64,000 bases of DNA from Lytechinus pictus (taxonomy: Eukaryota), in contig NC_087251.1 in NCBI RefSeq assembly GCF_037042905.1, positions 36,148,001-36,212,000 of the forward strand. The letters run 5' to 3'. Positions 10,746 to 23,876 of this stretch are shown one piece after another. Below the pieces are notes generated by a model. It saw nothing but the letters and a program-made list of their open reading frames with translations. It did no database searches and was not told where the DNA came from. Both the position numbers and the translations under genes were made by a program. Numbering within the stretch: the stretch's first letter is position 1; every line of letters starts with the position of its first letter.

Positions 10746-13700
10746 GCAAAATAAACCCCTCACAAAAAGTTCAAAAACTCAAGTTTGATGGATGATTATT
10801 TGTTTAATACTGAACCACTTAAAATGAAAATGGTGTTATTGGTTAGCCTCTTTGCAAAGAGGTTCCAATTTTTTTTATTATATTATCATGGAATTTGCAA
10901 CCACCCTTTAAGGTCAAGTCCACCCCAGAAATATGTTGATTTTAATCAATAGAAACAAATCTAACAAGCATAACATTGAAAGATTTTTCAAAATCGGATG
11001 TAAAATAAGGAAGTTATGATATTTTGAAGTTTCGCTTATTTTTCTCAAAACAATATTGAAATAACTTGTTCTCGCGATAATTGAAGAACTGTTTGAGAGA
11101 TCAACTCGTCTTTCAATCTGTGTTTTTCTTCAGCAAGAAGTTTACCCTCATTGTGCTGCACTCAACCCAGGTTAAGATGAAAAACCATGGTAGATAGGTC
11201 TAGTGTTACTGGGTTAGAAAGTGCTCTCATATTATTGGATATTTTAGTTTCTTTTTCTTACGTATATTAAACTAGCAAAACAATTCTGGGAAGTGTTTCA
11301 CAAAAAAAAATCTCTGACCAAAGTCATTGCGAAAGCATTAACATGCTCATGATCTTTGATACACAGTCTGATCAATTCATTTGCATTAGAGCACGTCCTT
11401 TGAGAGTGATTCAATCTATTGATCTGTTATTTTCCACACGCAAGTAGCAATTTAATCACATTTAATTTTTTGTGAAACACTTCTTTAATTTGTCTCTTAA
11501 GGCCTCCACACACCTTTCGAGTGGTCCACAATCTGATTTTGGAGCAAATTACATTTTGCTAATTTTCTGTAATGTGATGGACAAATATCTTTTCATTCGA
11601 GGCTTAAATTAACTGTGAGAATACTAAATAATTTTATGTGATTTCAAGCCTTTATTTTTTTTGTAAAGGCCAAATTGGTTTTAAATTGTAGAAAATCGTA
11701 TGATTGCTATGACATCATTTCACTTTTATTCAAATGATGATGCAAGCATAGTCACAGATTTCAATGAGTATTCATTGGATAATTTAGAATTTTACACAGC
11801 AAGATGTGACATGTCTCTATGTTCACAAATACTCCTTTAATAATAGGTTCGCAGGCCAATCAAAAGGTGTGCGGTGACCTTTACATCAATGTCAGATAGC
11901 TTGGACCTGCCCTACATTGTACAATTGTCTGTGCTATATACAATACTTGCTTTGTATTCATGAAGTGTATTTTTTTTCTTTGTTGAAAAAATGAATTGTA
12001 AGACCAGCAGCCCGGAAGATTTATTCAAGTTGCAGGACCATAGCAGTTGACCTCGTTGATCAATGATGGTAGGCCCTCATCCTCACAAACATGGCTTCAT
12101 CTCTGGTTTGAGCTGGGGTCTTCCAGCCAGAATTACACAGTGACATCACTACCAAGAGATCTCTTTTTCAGTGTGCAGAGAAGGGCACTGGACACAGTTG
12201 TGCATGGTAGACAACTTGCCACAATGTAAGTGCTTTAATAATGATTTCAATGATATTTCGTGCAGCCGAAAGTATGCGAGACAATGCAATCAGTTTTTCA
12301 GTAATTATGTACTTAGGGCAATAATATTGGGTGGCAATTTTCCCCATATCAGGAATATCTCTCCCTTTTCTTTTAATGACTATAATCCCTTCTCTTTACC
12401 TTAACTGGTATTTCTTCCCATTTCTGTATTCTTTTGTTGGCTGTGCCGGATCAATCCATTGATTATAGTCTTTCTTTATATACCTCCCAGTACTATTTGT
12501 TCTAGATGTTGCTCTAACTTTATCTTTGTTTCACATTGTTACAACATTATATTTGCCATGACTGATTTAATAATGTGCTAAGAAGATAAACAATTTTTAT
12601 TAGAAATTTATATATACAGACATAGATCTTATTTTTTTATTGCAGAGCAATAATAGAGCAATGTGAATTATTTTGCAATATATTTATTCTCCTTTTCTGT
12701 ACGTGTTCTTTTTTTGGCCAGACTAATTTGAATAAATATTTCAAACTTTATCGCGGTCATTTCACCATGTACGTCCATAAACCTCATGTTTGTGCCGAGT
12801 GCGTATCCATCATGTATTCACAGAATGTGAAGAGATATTGTGGACTGCACGAATGTTAAGATATGTGATGATAAGGTAGATTCTCAATGTAGGTTTGTCT
12901 GCCCAAATCTTCAACTTCGGATATACATTTTTTATCCATTTTTATGAGGGTTGTACACTTCAATGGTTTTTCCTCAATGTGTAAAAAAATGCTCCTTCAA
13001 TCAGAGCAATATATATAAGTCTGGGATCTAGTTTCAGAAGCGCAATGTCAAATTTTGATTTCTAGAGCCTTGCCAGTGTAGTGTTTCAAGTTGACCAATG
13101 TTGATATTTGAAATATTGATGGAGCAGTTTAGCCAATATGGCTTTGGAGCTTAGTGGCATTGATCAAGATCGATCAAAAACTGGCTTTCACTCTAAATCG
13201 ATGCAGTTAACCATTTGTTCTTCACAAAGTGAAGAAAGAGGAACTGGCGAAGTATGTTCGAAGAGAGTGCTGCTGACTTCCAGAAATTTGTTTCAGTCGC
13301 ATGTGACATCTTTATATTTGGTGTTTGGAATCTGGTAATGTTGCGATAATCTTCAAGTACTGTCTGACCACAAGGAAAGGTGTTACTTTCAGCTTACGCA
13401 TGATATCCAGAGCTCTTCAAAACCTCGTGCAAGTCACATGCTTCTTGGACTCCCAAATGCTGATATCTTATGAGACTGTTGGCCTCTTTGTGGTGGCATT
13501 AGAGGAATTCTTGGTGGATCTAGTTCCAGTTAGTCATTTTTGTCTTTTACAGCCATTTGATATTTTCCTGTGTTATTTGGATTTTCCAGATTTATTTGAC
13601 TCTGATGACATGAAAGGCAATGTGAAGTCTTGGTATTACAGAGTCAGAGTCAATCTTGTCACTAAAAGAGAAGCTACATACATCTGATACATTTTCTGGC

Positions 13701-13894
13701 TTAGTAACTCTAGTTATTAAACTACAATGCATTTGTGTGAATTCTAATAAGGCAGATTCTTTGTCACCATTCATATTCTGTGTCCAGGAGGAAACGCTCT
13801 TTCTTTGGAATTAATTTTGAATAGATTTCCTGTGCAGAGGAAACTTCATCATGTTCAGGTATCCATTAAAGTGAGGGGAAGTTCCAGTGCTTAA

Positions 13895-14347
13895 CCCTAT
13901 ATAGCCCAGGCTAATTTGAAATTACATAGACGGGGGGAGGCATTCTTACCCCCCCCCCCCCTGATCTTAGTTTTTTGATTTGGATACTATCTCTCGTTTT
14001 TTTAATGAAAGTTGTCGATGTCACTTTTTCAATCATAAATACATGAATTCAGTAGTTCGTAATCAGTATCTATAGGTAAAAATAATGATACATTTATGAA
14101 TTTTGGCTACATACAGAATTTTCATTGGATTTGTCAAATAAAATCACATTTTTGAGCAATTTTGGTCTGACATGCGCTTACAAAATGTTGCCTAACTTTG
14201 TAACTGCATACCATTGCATTGTAAATTTGTTCTATAAAGTTGCGTGAGAAAAATTTCATGACATTTTGTGGCCTGATCTTTACAAATATATCACAAAAAA
14301 TGTTGTGGAGGCTAAAAAAAGCCCCCCCCCCCCCGGGCTGTATAGGG
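13895..14347. mobile_element. piggyBac-like MITE
   Basis: TTAA|CCCTATATAGCCC ... GGGCTGTATAGGG|TTAA. Confidence 0.8.
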
Positions 14348-14639
14348 TTAAGATATGCATGTACCTGCTTACCATTGCCAGTTATATTGGGAGGTCCTCC
14401 ACTCAATGATTCAATTTGTTTACGATCTTGTGACATCTAAAAATCTTTCATGGGAACTTGTGAGTCTTTCACTTCTTTGCAATGATCATACAATGCATAA
14501 TTTTCAGACCATCATAAAATTATTTCCTTCTTGCTTATCATTCCTTTGATCATGTCAGAGGAGTTTCTCAGCCACGTTCTGAAGCTTGACATGAAGTGAT
14601 GCTAGGCTGTTCATTCATCCATCTCCCAGTCTTTGGGTA

Positions 14640-15600
14640 GGGCAGTGATTGGTAGATTTTTCCAACAGTGTCCCTTTGGCTAAAGAAATGGTTTCCTATA
14701 TCCAGTGTGGAATAAGTTTGGGAAATTTTGTTGGGTGCTGTCTGTCAGATTTGACAGAAGAGGCAGCGTAGCTCAGTCGGTTAGAGCGCATGTTTCGGAT
14801 AAGATCGTAGATCTCAACGTGAGGGGTTCGAGTCCCGCTCATGCCGAAACGCGTCTAACAAAAAAGTCTGATGCTATAGCGTTGTGTGTTAGCGTGCCTC
14901 ACCTCTGTATTCAGTGCAGGTGTGAATACAGTTGGAAAACACTCCGTCCATCGGAAAGGACGCAAATGTTGGTCCCGTGTATAGGAGAGGTACAACCTAT
15001 GCATGTTTAAACCAATACACTATTCGTCAAAGAGTAGGGTGTTCACCCGGTGTATTGCACCTGCCGGTCGCGGCAAAATCCAGGTCAAGTACCTGATGCG
15101 TTTATGCCCAGGAAGGCCCTGCATCGTATACATCCAGATCCAGACATTGCATGATTTGGTAGATTGTTCCAACGCTACATGACCCTTTGGCTAAAGAAGG
15201 GGTTTCCTCCATCCAGTCTGGAACAAGTTTGGACAATTTTATTGGATGCTGTCTGTGAGAGTTGTCATTGGTTCTTGATGACCATTAAGCTGAAGAAATG
15301 GTTTCTTATATCCATGGAAAGATTTTCTTTAAATTTGATTGGTTGTCGTCTCTGAAATTTGACATTTTGCTTCACTACTAGGTTTCATGCATTGTATTGC
15401 AATGATTGATGGGGGATTATAAACCATTGTGGAATATGAAGTGTACTCCCTCAGGACAAGCCTACTTTGAGGTTCCAACCCATTAGATCTATCTTTCATT
15501 GTCGGTGCCTCGCCTGATCTCTCAGAGTTCATGGTTATGTGATGGATATGCAAGCCAACATTTGGTTCTTGTATGATGGTGAATGAATAAATTAGCTATT
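14640..15600 (-). mobile_element. CR1-like LINE 3' remnants, partly duplicated, around the SINE
   Basis: Minus-strand (R/G)NHFFSQR..W.NLP motif, typical of the CR1 ORF2 C-terminus, at ~14650-14705, ~15155-15215 and ~15285-15315. Confidence 0.5.
14762..15080 (+). mobile_element. tRNA-derived SINE with Deu-domain-like core (DeuSINE)
   Basis: A-box GTAGCTCAGTCGGTTAGAGC and B-box GGTTCGAGTCCC, then TCGGAAAGGACGCAAATGTTGGTCCCGTGT...CACTATTCGTCAAAGAGTAGGGTGTTCACCCGGTGT, resembling the Deu domain. Confidence 0.7.
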
Positions 15601-16964
15601 TTTATCAAAATGCAGTGTTCACTGAAAATTCATAGAACCGCGATTGCATCATGAACAGAAAAGGATATATTTATTTGCAAATCATAATATATTCCATTTG
15701 CTCTTTTGAAAAGAAAAGCTCCCCCTTTAAAAATAAATCTATTGGCTAGGTTTTTTTTTAATGTGATGATATAAATTAAATTGATTAATAAAAATATGAA
15801 ATGTGAAAAATAATTAGTGATAATACTCAAAAATATTAATTTGAACATTAGAACATTGTAGTGTCAGTCATGGATAGTTAATGTTGAAAGGATGTGAAGT
15901 AATCGAAAATGGGCAGATACGGGGAGCATTTTATGACAAGTTTTGTTAGTGATCATCACTAATTTGCTCTAAGCCAATCAGATGCAAGGATTTGTTGGTG
16001 AAAATCACTGACAAATCTTCATGAAATGCTTCCCTGGATGGATAGTACAGGGAGGTATGGGAAGAGAGCACAATCAGTGGAGGGGAAGGGGGAAGGGGAG
16101 ATGGTTGTAAGGAAGGGAGCAGATTAAAGGAAATAAGGTGGTAGTTTTGTTCAAGGGTGAATGAAAAGACTACAAAGGAGATTAATAGATCGATTCTTAT
16201 GGCAAGGAAGGGGGGATGGGGGGGGGGGGTTGGTAAAGGAAATTTCTTTTTATGAATGAATGTCCCCCCTTCAAAAAAAAGTAATTGTTGCCCCCATGAA
16301 ATAATCACTTGGAAATTTGATGCATTGTCTATCATACTCTTGGCTACACCAAAGATCATTGAAATCATTATTAAAGCACTTTCATTGTGGAAAGTTGTAT
16401 ACCATGCACAACAGTATCCAGTGCCCTTCTCTGTACACTGAAAAACAGGTCTCTCTCTGTAGTGACGTCACATATTGTGTGATTTTGTCAAGAAGACCTC
16501 AAGCTCAGACTAGGCTGCTGGTCATTTTGTGAGGGGGTAGGGTTTGCCCCATTGAATTAAGAGGTCAGCTGCTATGGTATCTTGTATACTTGAATGAATC
16601 TTCTGGGCTGCTGGTCATTTTTTTTATTGGCTATTTAAAAAAAATCTTTAATAAAAGTTGTTGGAAAATGAAAATTCATTGCTTTTCAGTTATGCTTATT
16701 CTGTCCACTGTGTATATTATCCACTTACCTGCCCCCTCTTAATCTATTATGAACCCCGACACCCCCCCCCCCCACCCCATGTGAAATTTGGCTTTGTTCC
16801 TTTATCCCCCCAGGGTGGACCCCATTGCATGAAATGTACTATTAACGGAATTTTGCCATCCACTTGGTGGTTTAATGAGCCCCAATTTTTTTTTTTTCAG
16901 AAACAGTTTATGGTGAAAAGTTTTTACCTTTGTAATATATTTCTCCCTTTCCATTTTCTAATTT

Positions 16965-17150
16965 GGGCAATTCCGTAAAATAAGCTTTTCCTACATCCTA
17001 CCTTTCATTTTTCTCAAGTTTTTACTTCACTTCACAAACTGACCAAGTCATGGTTATTTGACAGCATTACAGACTGTCATAAGAACCAGAAAATTTCATG
17101 AAGGTCACAAATATAGGGGGTCGGACGTACATATTTTATGGAATTGCCCA
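16965..17150. mobile_element. MITE with GGGCAATTCC TIRs; second copy at 19700-20010
   Basis: GGGCAATTCCGTAAAAT ... ATTTTATGGAATTGCCC. The 19700-20010 copy is interrupted by a SINE-tail-like insert. Confidence 0.7.
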
Positions 17151-20100
17151 TTTGTTTTTTTGGGGGGTCCATGGTTGGGGACACCACATTTGCTCCTGCG
17201 ACATTTGCTCCGGTCTCAATATCTCAGAGTGTAGTAATGTGCACATTTTCCATCAGAGCAATTGTCGCCGGAGCAAATGCCATGGAACTCCATGGTACTC
17301 CATGGTCTACCATTGGATGGCAAAATTACTTTAATAGCATACAAGCAATACACATCAAGGGCATTAGTAAGAATTACACACACACAAGGGACCTTTGGAA
17401 GAGTTCTAACACACCTGAGGCAGAGCCGAGGGCGTTTGGACCATTTCAAAAGTAACAAATGTGGGTCATTCTAACGCCTTGGCAAAATGTGTATTGTTTC
17501 ATAAAATAGTGATGTGGATCCTTATTTGATAAGCCATCCTTGTCTCAATACAGGCAAAAATATATATATATATATTTTTTAGGGGCTACTTCTCGCAACC
17601 TACTGCATAAATCTGCAATATTGGATACATACATGTACATTTTACCATTGCAGTGAATGGGCTCTTTTGAGCTTTACTAGGCAAAATTGTCCAGGGCCCC
17701 CATGTAATTAGTCTCGGTACCATGACCAGTTATTAGCAATTTTTCCTGTTAGCTAATTTACATAACTGGTCATGTGATAGATTTGAGCCAATCATCTGCT
17801 AAGGATCCATATCACTATTTTAAATTAATTATCATGCAACAGGGCCTAAGGCCGGTATTCTGAAAATTGTGTTATCTTATCAACCCTTTTGCTAGCAAGT
17901 ATGTCATTGGCTCACATAGTAATTTTTTTCTATTTATTCTTTTTGCTTTGAATTGTTCATTTGTTATGAAGTAACCATAAATACCACTTTTAAATTTGTT
18001 TTGGTAAACACAGAAAATGTAATTCAAAAGATAACACAATTTTCAGAATACCAGCCTGTCATGGTTACTGTACAATGTGCAGAAGGTAAACCAAAGTTAG
18101 CAGGCTAATGTATATTTCAATTGTTAAATGTAGATTTCCATTTTGTATTCAAAGGAAATTCCTAAGTAGGCCTATATTTTCCTGGTGCAATTTTCATCCT
18201 TTTTTTGTCTTCAGAAGAACATTAATGATCCCTAAAAGGCATTTTATGTCACTATCAATCAATAAACCAAAGGATTTCCTTTCTTTATTTCTTTTGACCC
18301 TCATGATTTGGATTACCCTTGTCCACACTGTACAAGCCAAATAACCTTCAATTAGTCACCCCCCCCTTACACACACATACACACTCCTCCCATCCAGATT
18401 CTAAAATGTTGCAAAATGGATTGATATTGGCAAACTTTTCCTCCTTTCAAAAAATGACACTTTATAGTTACAGTAAATACTGTATTAATCTGTTACACAA
18501 ATGAAAGTAAGCTTGGTCAACCACATTTTTTTTCCATAATCCAAAAGAAAAATCATGTAGAGTAAAATATTAAGTCATTGGTTAATGCCTTAATAACAAT
18601 GCACATTGCAACATTTCAGGTATAATTAAAATTTAAAAAAAATGGGATCGTCTTATTCTATCTTACAAGAGTGAACTTCATGAAAATGAACTTAATTTTC
18701 TTGAAAAAAAATATTTTCAATTTGATAAGATTTATTTAAAACAGTATTTTCTGACAATGTGCTGTATATTTTGTCACACAATCGATTCTTATTATATAAT
18801 AATAATCAATCCATTGAAAAACACTATACCTAAGAAATATGTATGGAATTAGGGCAAGAATAAATATTTCAAATTGGCAGTGTAAAGGGTCGTTTTCTTC
18901 AAAGTTTTTAAATGTTTCTTAATTTTATCATTAGGTTTTGGGTCTGAAGATAATCCGAAGTTTGTTCAGTTCTGTTGCTGAAGTGATCATTAGATCAGGT
19001 TTATCAATGTGAACATAAATTTCATGAAGTTCACTCTCATTTTCCAAGAGGTTTGTAAAAAATGGGTAGACAGGAGAAGAGAGACAGAGGAAGAAAGAGA
19101 GGAAAAGTGAGTGAGAGGGGGAGAGGGGGGGGGGGGAAGGGAGTGAGGAAGGAAGGGAGAGAAAAGGTGAATAGGATTGTGATGAGATCAGTTGACAAGG
19201 GCGAATGAAAGAGCCGTGGGTTAAGTTAGATGTGCTCGAGTTATAGACCAAGATCGAAAGGGTAAGAATAGCTGAAAATGAATCGAAGTGGGAAGAAGTG
19301 AAAAGAACAGAAGTTAAAATGCAAAATCTGTCAAGAATGAGAAAAGGGATGAGATATGCAATATATGAACCTGAATGTGAAGAGGGTGAAAATTGAGGGT
19401 TTTTTTTTTCAATTTTGAGGGGGCAGTAAAATAAGATTTGAATTATTAATGATCGATAGAAAATTAATGATTGGTAATTATTCAAGGGAGTTGAGAGGAA
19501 CGATATCTTATGTACAGAAGTGAGAGGGTAGTGTAATGGGTCGAGAAGGGTCGGAAAGATTTACCGAGAAGGAAAGTGTTAAAATGATTAATGCAAATTA
19601 ACAGCGACAAGTACAGAGGAGGAAGTAGAGAGACAGAGGGTTAGGAATACGATTTAAATGAAAATGATGAGCAATATAGAAGTATAAAATGAACGTGATG
19701 GGCAATTCCATAAAATGATCAACCTTTTTGTACGCCCGATCCCCATTTTTGTCAAGTCTTACTTCACTTTATAAACTGACCAAGTCATGGTCCTTTGAGA
19801 ACATTACAGACTCAGATTTTTGTAAAGTATTATATACATGTTTACTAATTTGTTATTGTAAAGCGCATTGAAATGTTCATGTAATGCGCTATATAAATGT
19901 AACTTTTATTTATTTATTTACTGTCAAAAGAACTAGAAATCAGAGGCAGACAATTTCATGAAGGTCCCACATATAGGGGGTCGGACGCACATATTTTATG
20001 GTATTGCCCTGATGAGAAATGACAGAGTTTAGTGATGAAAAATCAACAACCAATTATTACATAGTTTAGAGATGAAACTACAAAAAATATGAAGGTATAT

Positions 20101-21486
20101 AGATGGGGATAGATAGAAGAGAAAGGGACATTTTTTTATAAAATCGGTACGAGAATAAATACAAGTAGCCAAAAGAATGTGTAACACGATCATTTACTAA
20201 TCAATCGTCCTGGGTGTCGTTTCATAAAGCTGTTTGTAAGTTACGCACGATTATTTTTATGAAAGGCTGGAACATGTTTTTTGTGGCAAAGTCAGCTAGA
20301 TAGACATCTGTCAATGAGCACAAGAAAGGATCACCAGTCGTGCTTAAAGTCATTTGTAACTTAGAAACGGCTTAATGAAACGGTCCCCAGGCAAAAAAAA
20401 AATCGAATTAAAAGAATTTCGCCCAAATATCACTTGCACAGGAACTTATATTAGTTCGAATTGCAAAGTGCACATCAGAAAATAGGCCTATCATAATTTG
20501 TGGGAGGTACCAGCAATCGAATAAATGAAATATTTTTACTTCTCGAATTCTATGCATAGTTTCTTTGTAAGTTTTTTTTGGGGGGGTCAACTTGCAGCTT
20601 ATCAGGGGATAATTCAAATTTTAATCGGCAAAACCGTTTTCTTGCGTTTCCGGCGCCTGCTCAAATAACTGCCGCCTGCAAGTAACTTGTTTAACTTTTA
20701 GGAATGTTGTAAACTAGGATTATGCCTATAAAAACGCAGTTTTTAACTAACAGGGATGCAAAATTATGCGATTTTTTTAGAGGAACCAAAGGAGAAAGCA
20801 AAGCGACCGAGATGTACAAAACATTGCCCTTTAAAGGAGAATGAAACTCTTCTATAAAGCTCGCATGAAAACAGAAAAATCAAAGAATAAGATCAATGAA
20901 AGTTCAAGAACAATATCGGCAAAACAATACGAAATTTATGAGTATTTGAATGTTGAAATTAATTTTTTTATGGAAATCCTCCTTTTAGTGGCAATGCAAC
21001 CAAGGTTTGTGACGTCATAGTACAAATCTCCCCTTCGCACACTGAAAATATACCCTAAAACATCTATTTTAGCCCATTTTTGTTCATATTTTCTCAGACT
21101 GTCATCGATTCCTTTCTTTGATTTTCTGTTTTCACACAAGCTTACTAGGTCACAGGGTATCATTTTTTCTAAAGACTAAATTTGATGCATTCACCTTCAA
21201 CTATTATGGGCTACATGCCAGGCGTAGACCCAGTGGAGTCGGAAGGTAAAACTGCCACAAAAAAAGGGGAATTATCCCAAAATACCTTCATGACCCCATT
21301 TTTTTTTCTTGGTTGTTGGTGTTATTTGCTTATTTTATTAGTATTATTATTTTTTTTTTTTTTTTTGGGGGGGGGGGGTTGCTTGTCAGTTTATCTTGAG
21401 ATGAAACGCCCATTTGAATGACCTTTTTCGGGGGGGAATATGCGGCTGCATGTAAGTTTACCTTACTGCACAGCCCCCCCCCCCCC

Positions 21487-21526
<40 letters not shown>

Positions 21527-23876
21527 GAATAACAAGGACAAATAATCAAACGAGCATAATGCTAAAATTTTCATTGAACTCGGATGTAAATTAGGATAGT
21601 AATAGCATTTTTAATGTTTGCTTATTTTTCAATGAACAGTTATGCACAATATAAAATAGTCGGTGATGTCACTCGCTCACTATTTTTTACTTTTTATAAT
21701 AAAAGATATATATCAAATTTTGCAGATTTGACAAGGGAGTAATCAATCTAAAGTTAAAGGTTGCAACAATGAGAATCCCTCATTTTCAAAGAGGAATCAG
21801 GCAATGTATCACATTATAAAGAAGAGAAATTCAGATATTTCATATTTCATCAAATAAAATAAAATACAAAATGGTGAATAGGCGATGTCATCATTTCCCT
21901 CATTTGCCTACTGACCATGCTTTAATTGCATACTGTTTTATGAAATTAAGCAAAAATTTAAAAAGTCGTGACTTTCCTTATTAAATATCTGCAGATTTTG
22001 ATGAAGTTTCATCATTATGCTAGTTTGATATTCCTCTTTTCATTCATTTTTGGGGGGTTGGGGTGACTTTAACGTCCTCGTGAACTTTCCTGTGATGTAG
22101 CGTAAAGGTCGTCGGTCTCGAGCGGGCCGGCGGAAGACCAACTAGATCCTTCATTACTCCTGATCACGATGAGACTGCATCGGGTGAACTTTCAAACCAT
22201 GGTATCAGTATGGTATAGGTTCGTCGATCAAAGTCCACCGTCCACATCCTACTCCTCTTGGTAATAGTCAGGGAGCTAAGGAAGACTTTTGATCAAACGA
22301 ATGAGATACCAGTATATGAATATTGGAACATTATTTGGGAAGGAACCTCAAAATATTTACCAAACTAAACTTCTGACATTGTCTGCTGCATAAGTAATCC
22401 ATATCACAGAATTTCTTTTCTAAACACACTCAAATTGATGCTACAATAGAGATGATCATATTACTATTCTATTTTTAATTAAAATCGAGATTGACAAAAT
22501 CGAACAATTTAGCAAACAATTACATTTTTTCTTAATTTTTCTGATTTTTTAAAACTTTTTTTTATTTTTGTCGATTTGTTTATACTAAAACTTATACAAC
22601 GAACTGATGTTTGTAACTCAGAAAAACTACCAACACCAACATATATGGGGACAATTTGTAAAAAAGAAGAGAGTAATATATTTTCCAATAAAGAGTTTAT
22701 ACGCTCTCATCAGAATATACCCTAAAGTTATGAATACAATATCACCCTTGACAGCATTGACAACTACTTTTCTTCAAAATTCGTTTTTAAAAATAAAATT
22801 TAAAATAAAAAGGCACTCCTTTTGGACTCTCCTGTGCAGATGCAGATGCAACTGTCAGAATTTCGGTTTAGTAAATGTTGGGTTCCGCTCCCCATTATGC
22901 TACAATATTCGGATAGTGGTATACCTCGTTTGTTTGATCAAGAGCCAATACTGCCTGACCATAAAACCGGGTCTTCTCATGTGGGAAATCTGATTGGCCA
23001 GTCAACGATGACGTCAGACCTCATCTCACCGTAAGATTATACCACATGCAGATGCCTTCCAATACCGCAATATTCTTATATTCACTTGACGCCGCCATCA
23101 CCCCCTGATGAAAACCTTTCAAGTTCCTCGCTGACCAGACTGTATGCAAGATTGGCGGTTCCACTTCCAATTGTAGCTCAGGATCGATGGATTATACGTC
23201 TTGGCCGATGCTTCAGTTGCCTGACATTGCAGCTTTTGTTACTGCAAAGGATTACTTAGCTCAGGCAAATCTACATGTCACTGTCCCTTGAGCTCAATCG
23301 CAAGTGGCAGATATCACTGCAGGAATGAGATCTGGAGCTATTGTCAGAGGAAAAGTCCACCCCAGCAAACAGTTGATCTGAATAAAAAGAGAAAATCACA
23401 CAAACACAAGGCTGATGATTTCATTAAAATCACTGCAGACGTAAAATAATAATCACATTTAAAAATTACTCTCGTTTTTCTCAAAATAGTTATATGCACA
23501 ACAGCACAACATGATTATATGCAACTGAGAGTGTTGATGATGACTCATAATATGATTGATCAAATATTTCAATTTTTGAAGATTTAAATGAGAATAATGA
23601 AGCTATTTAATGAATCATAGTAGGTTACGGCAACGGTGCGGATTGAATTCTACATATTCATGAGCGGAAATCCCAGGGGGACAGGGGGACGCGTCCCCCC
23701 TACCATTTTGGAAAGGGGGGGGGGACATAATATCAAATGTCCCCCCTACTATTTGTGTTTTTCATTATGGAAAAAAAATACATAATTCAAAATCGATATT
23801 ATACACATGTCTCCTCGAATTTCGAAATATATATAAACAGATAGTTTTCGTTAAGAACTTGGATAGGAAAAGAAAA

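Noticed and set aside
12390..13880. Possible L1/Tx1 or other LINE remnants, or a host exon, on the minus strand
   Set aside because: Too decayed to identify diagnostic motifs by eye.
14762..14845. Functional tRNA gene
   Set aside because: Imperfect acceptor stem, no canonical anticodon arm, no T-run terminator, and it continues into a SINE body.
18931..19485. 184-aa minus-strand ORF
   Set aside because: Low-complexity purine-rich tract with no recognisable domain or splice structure.
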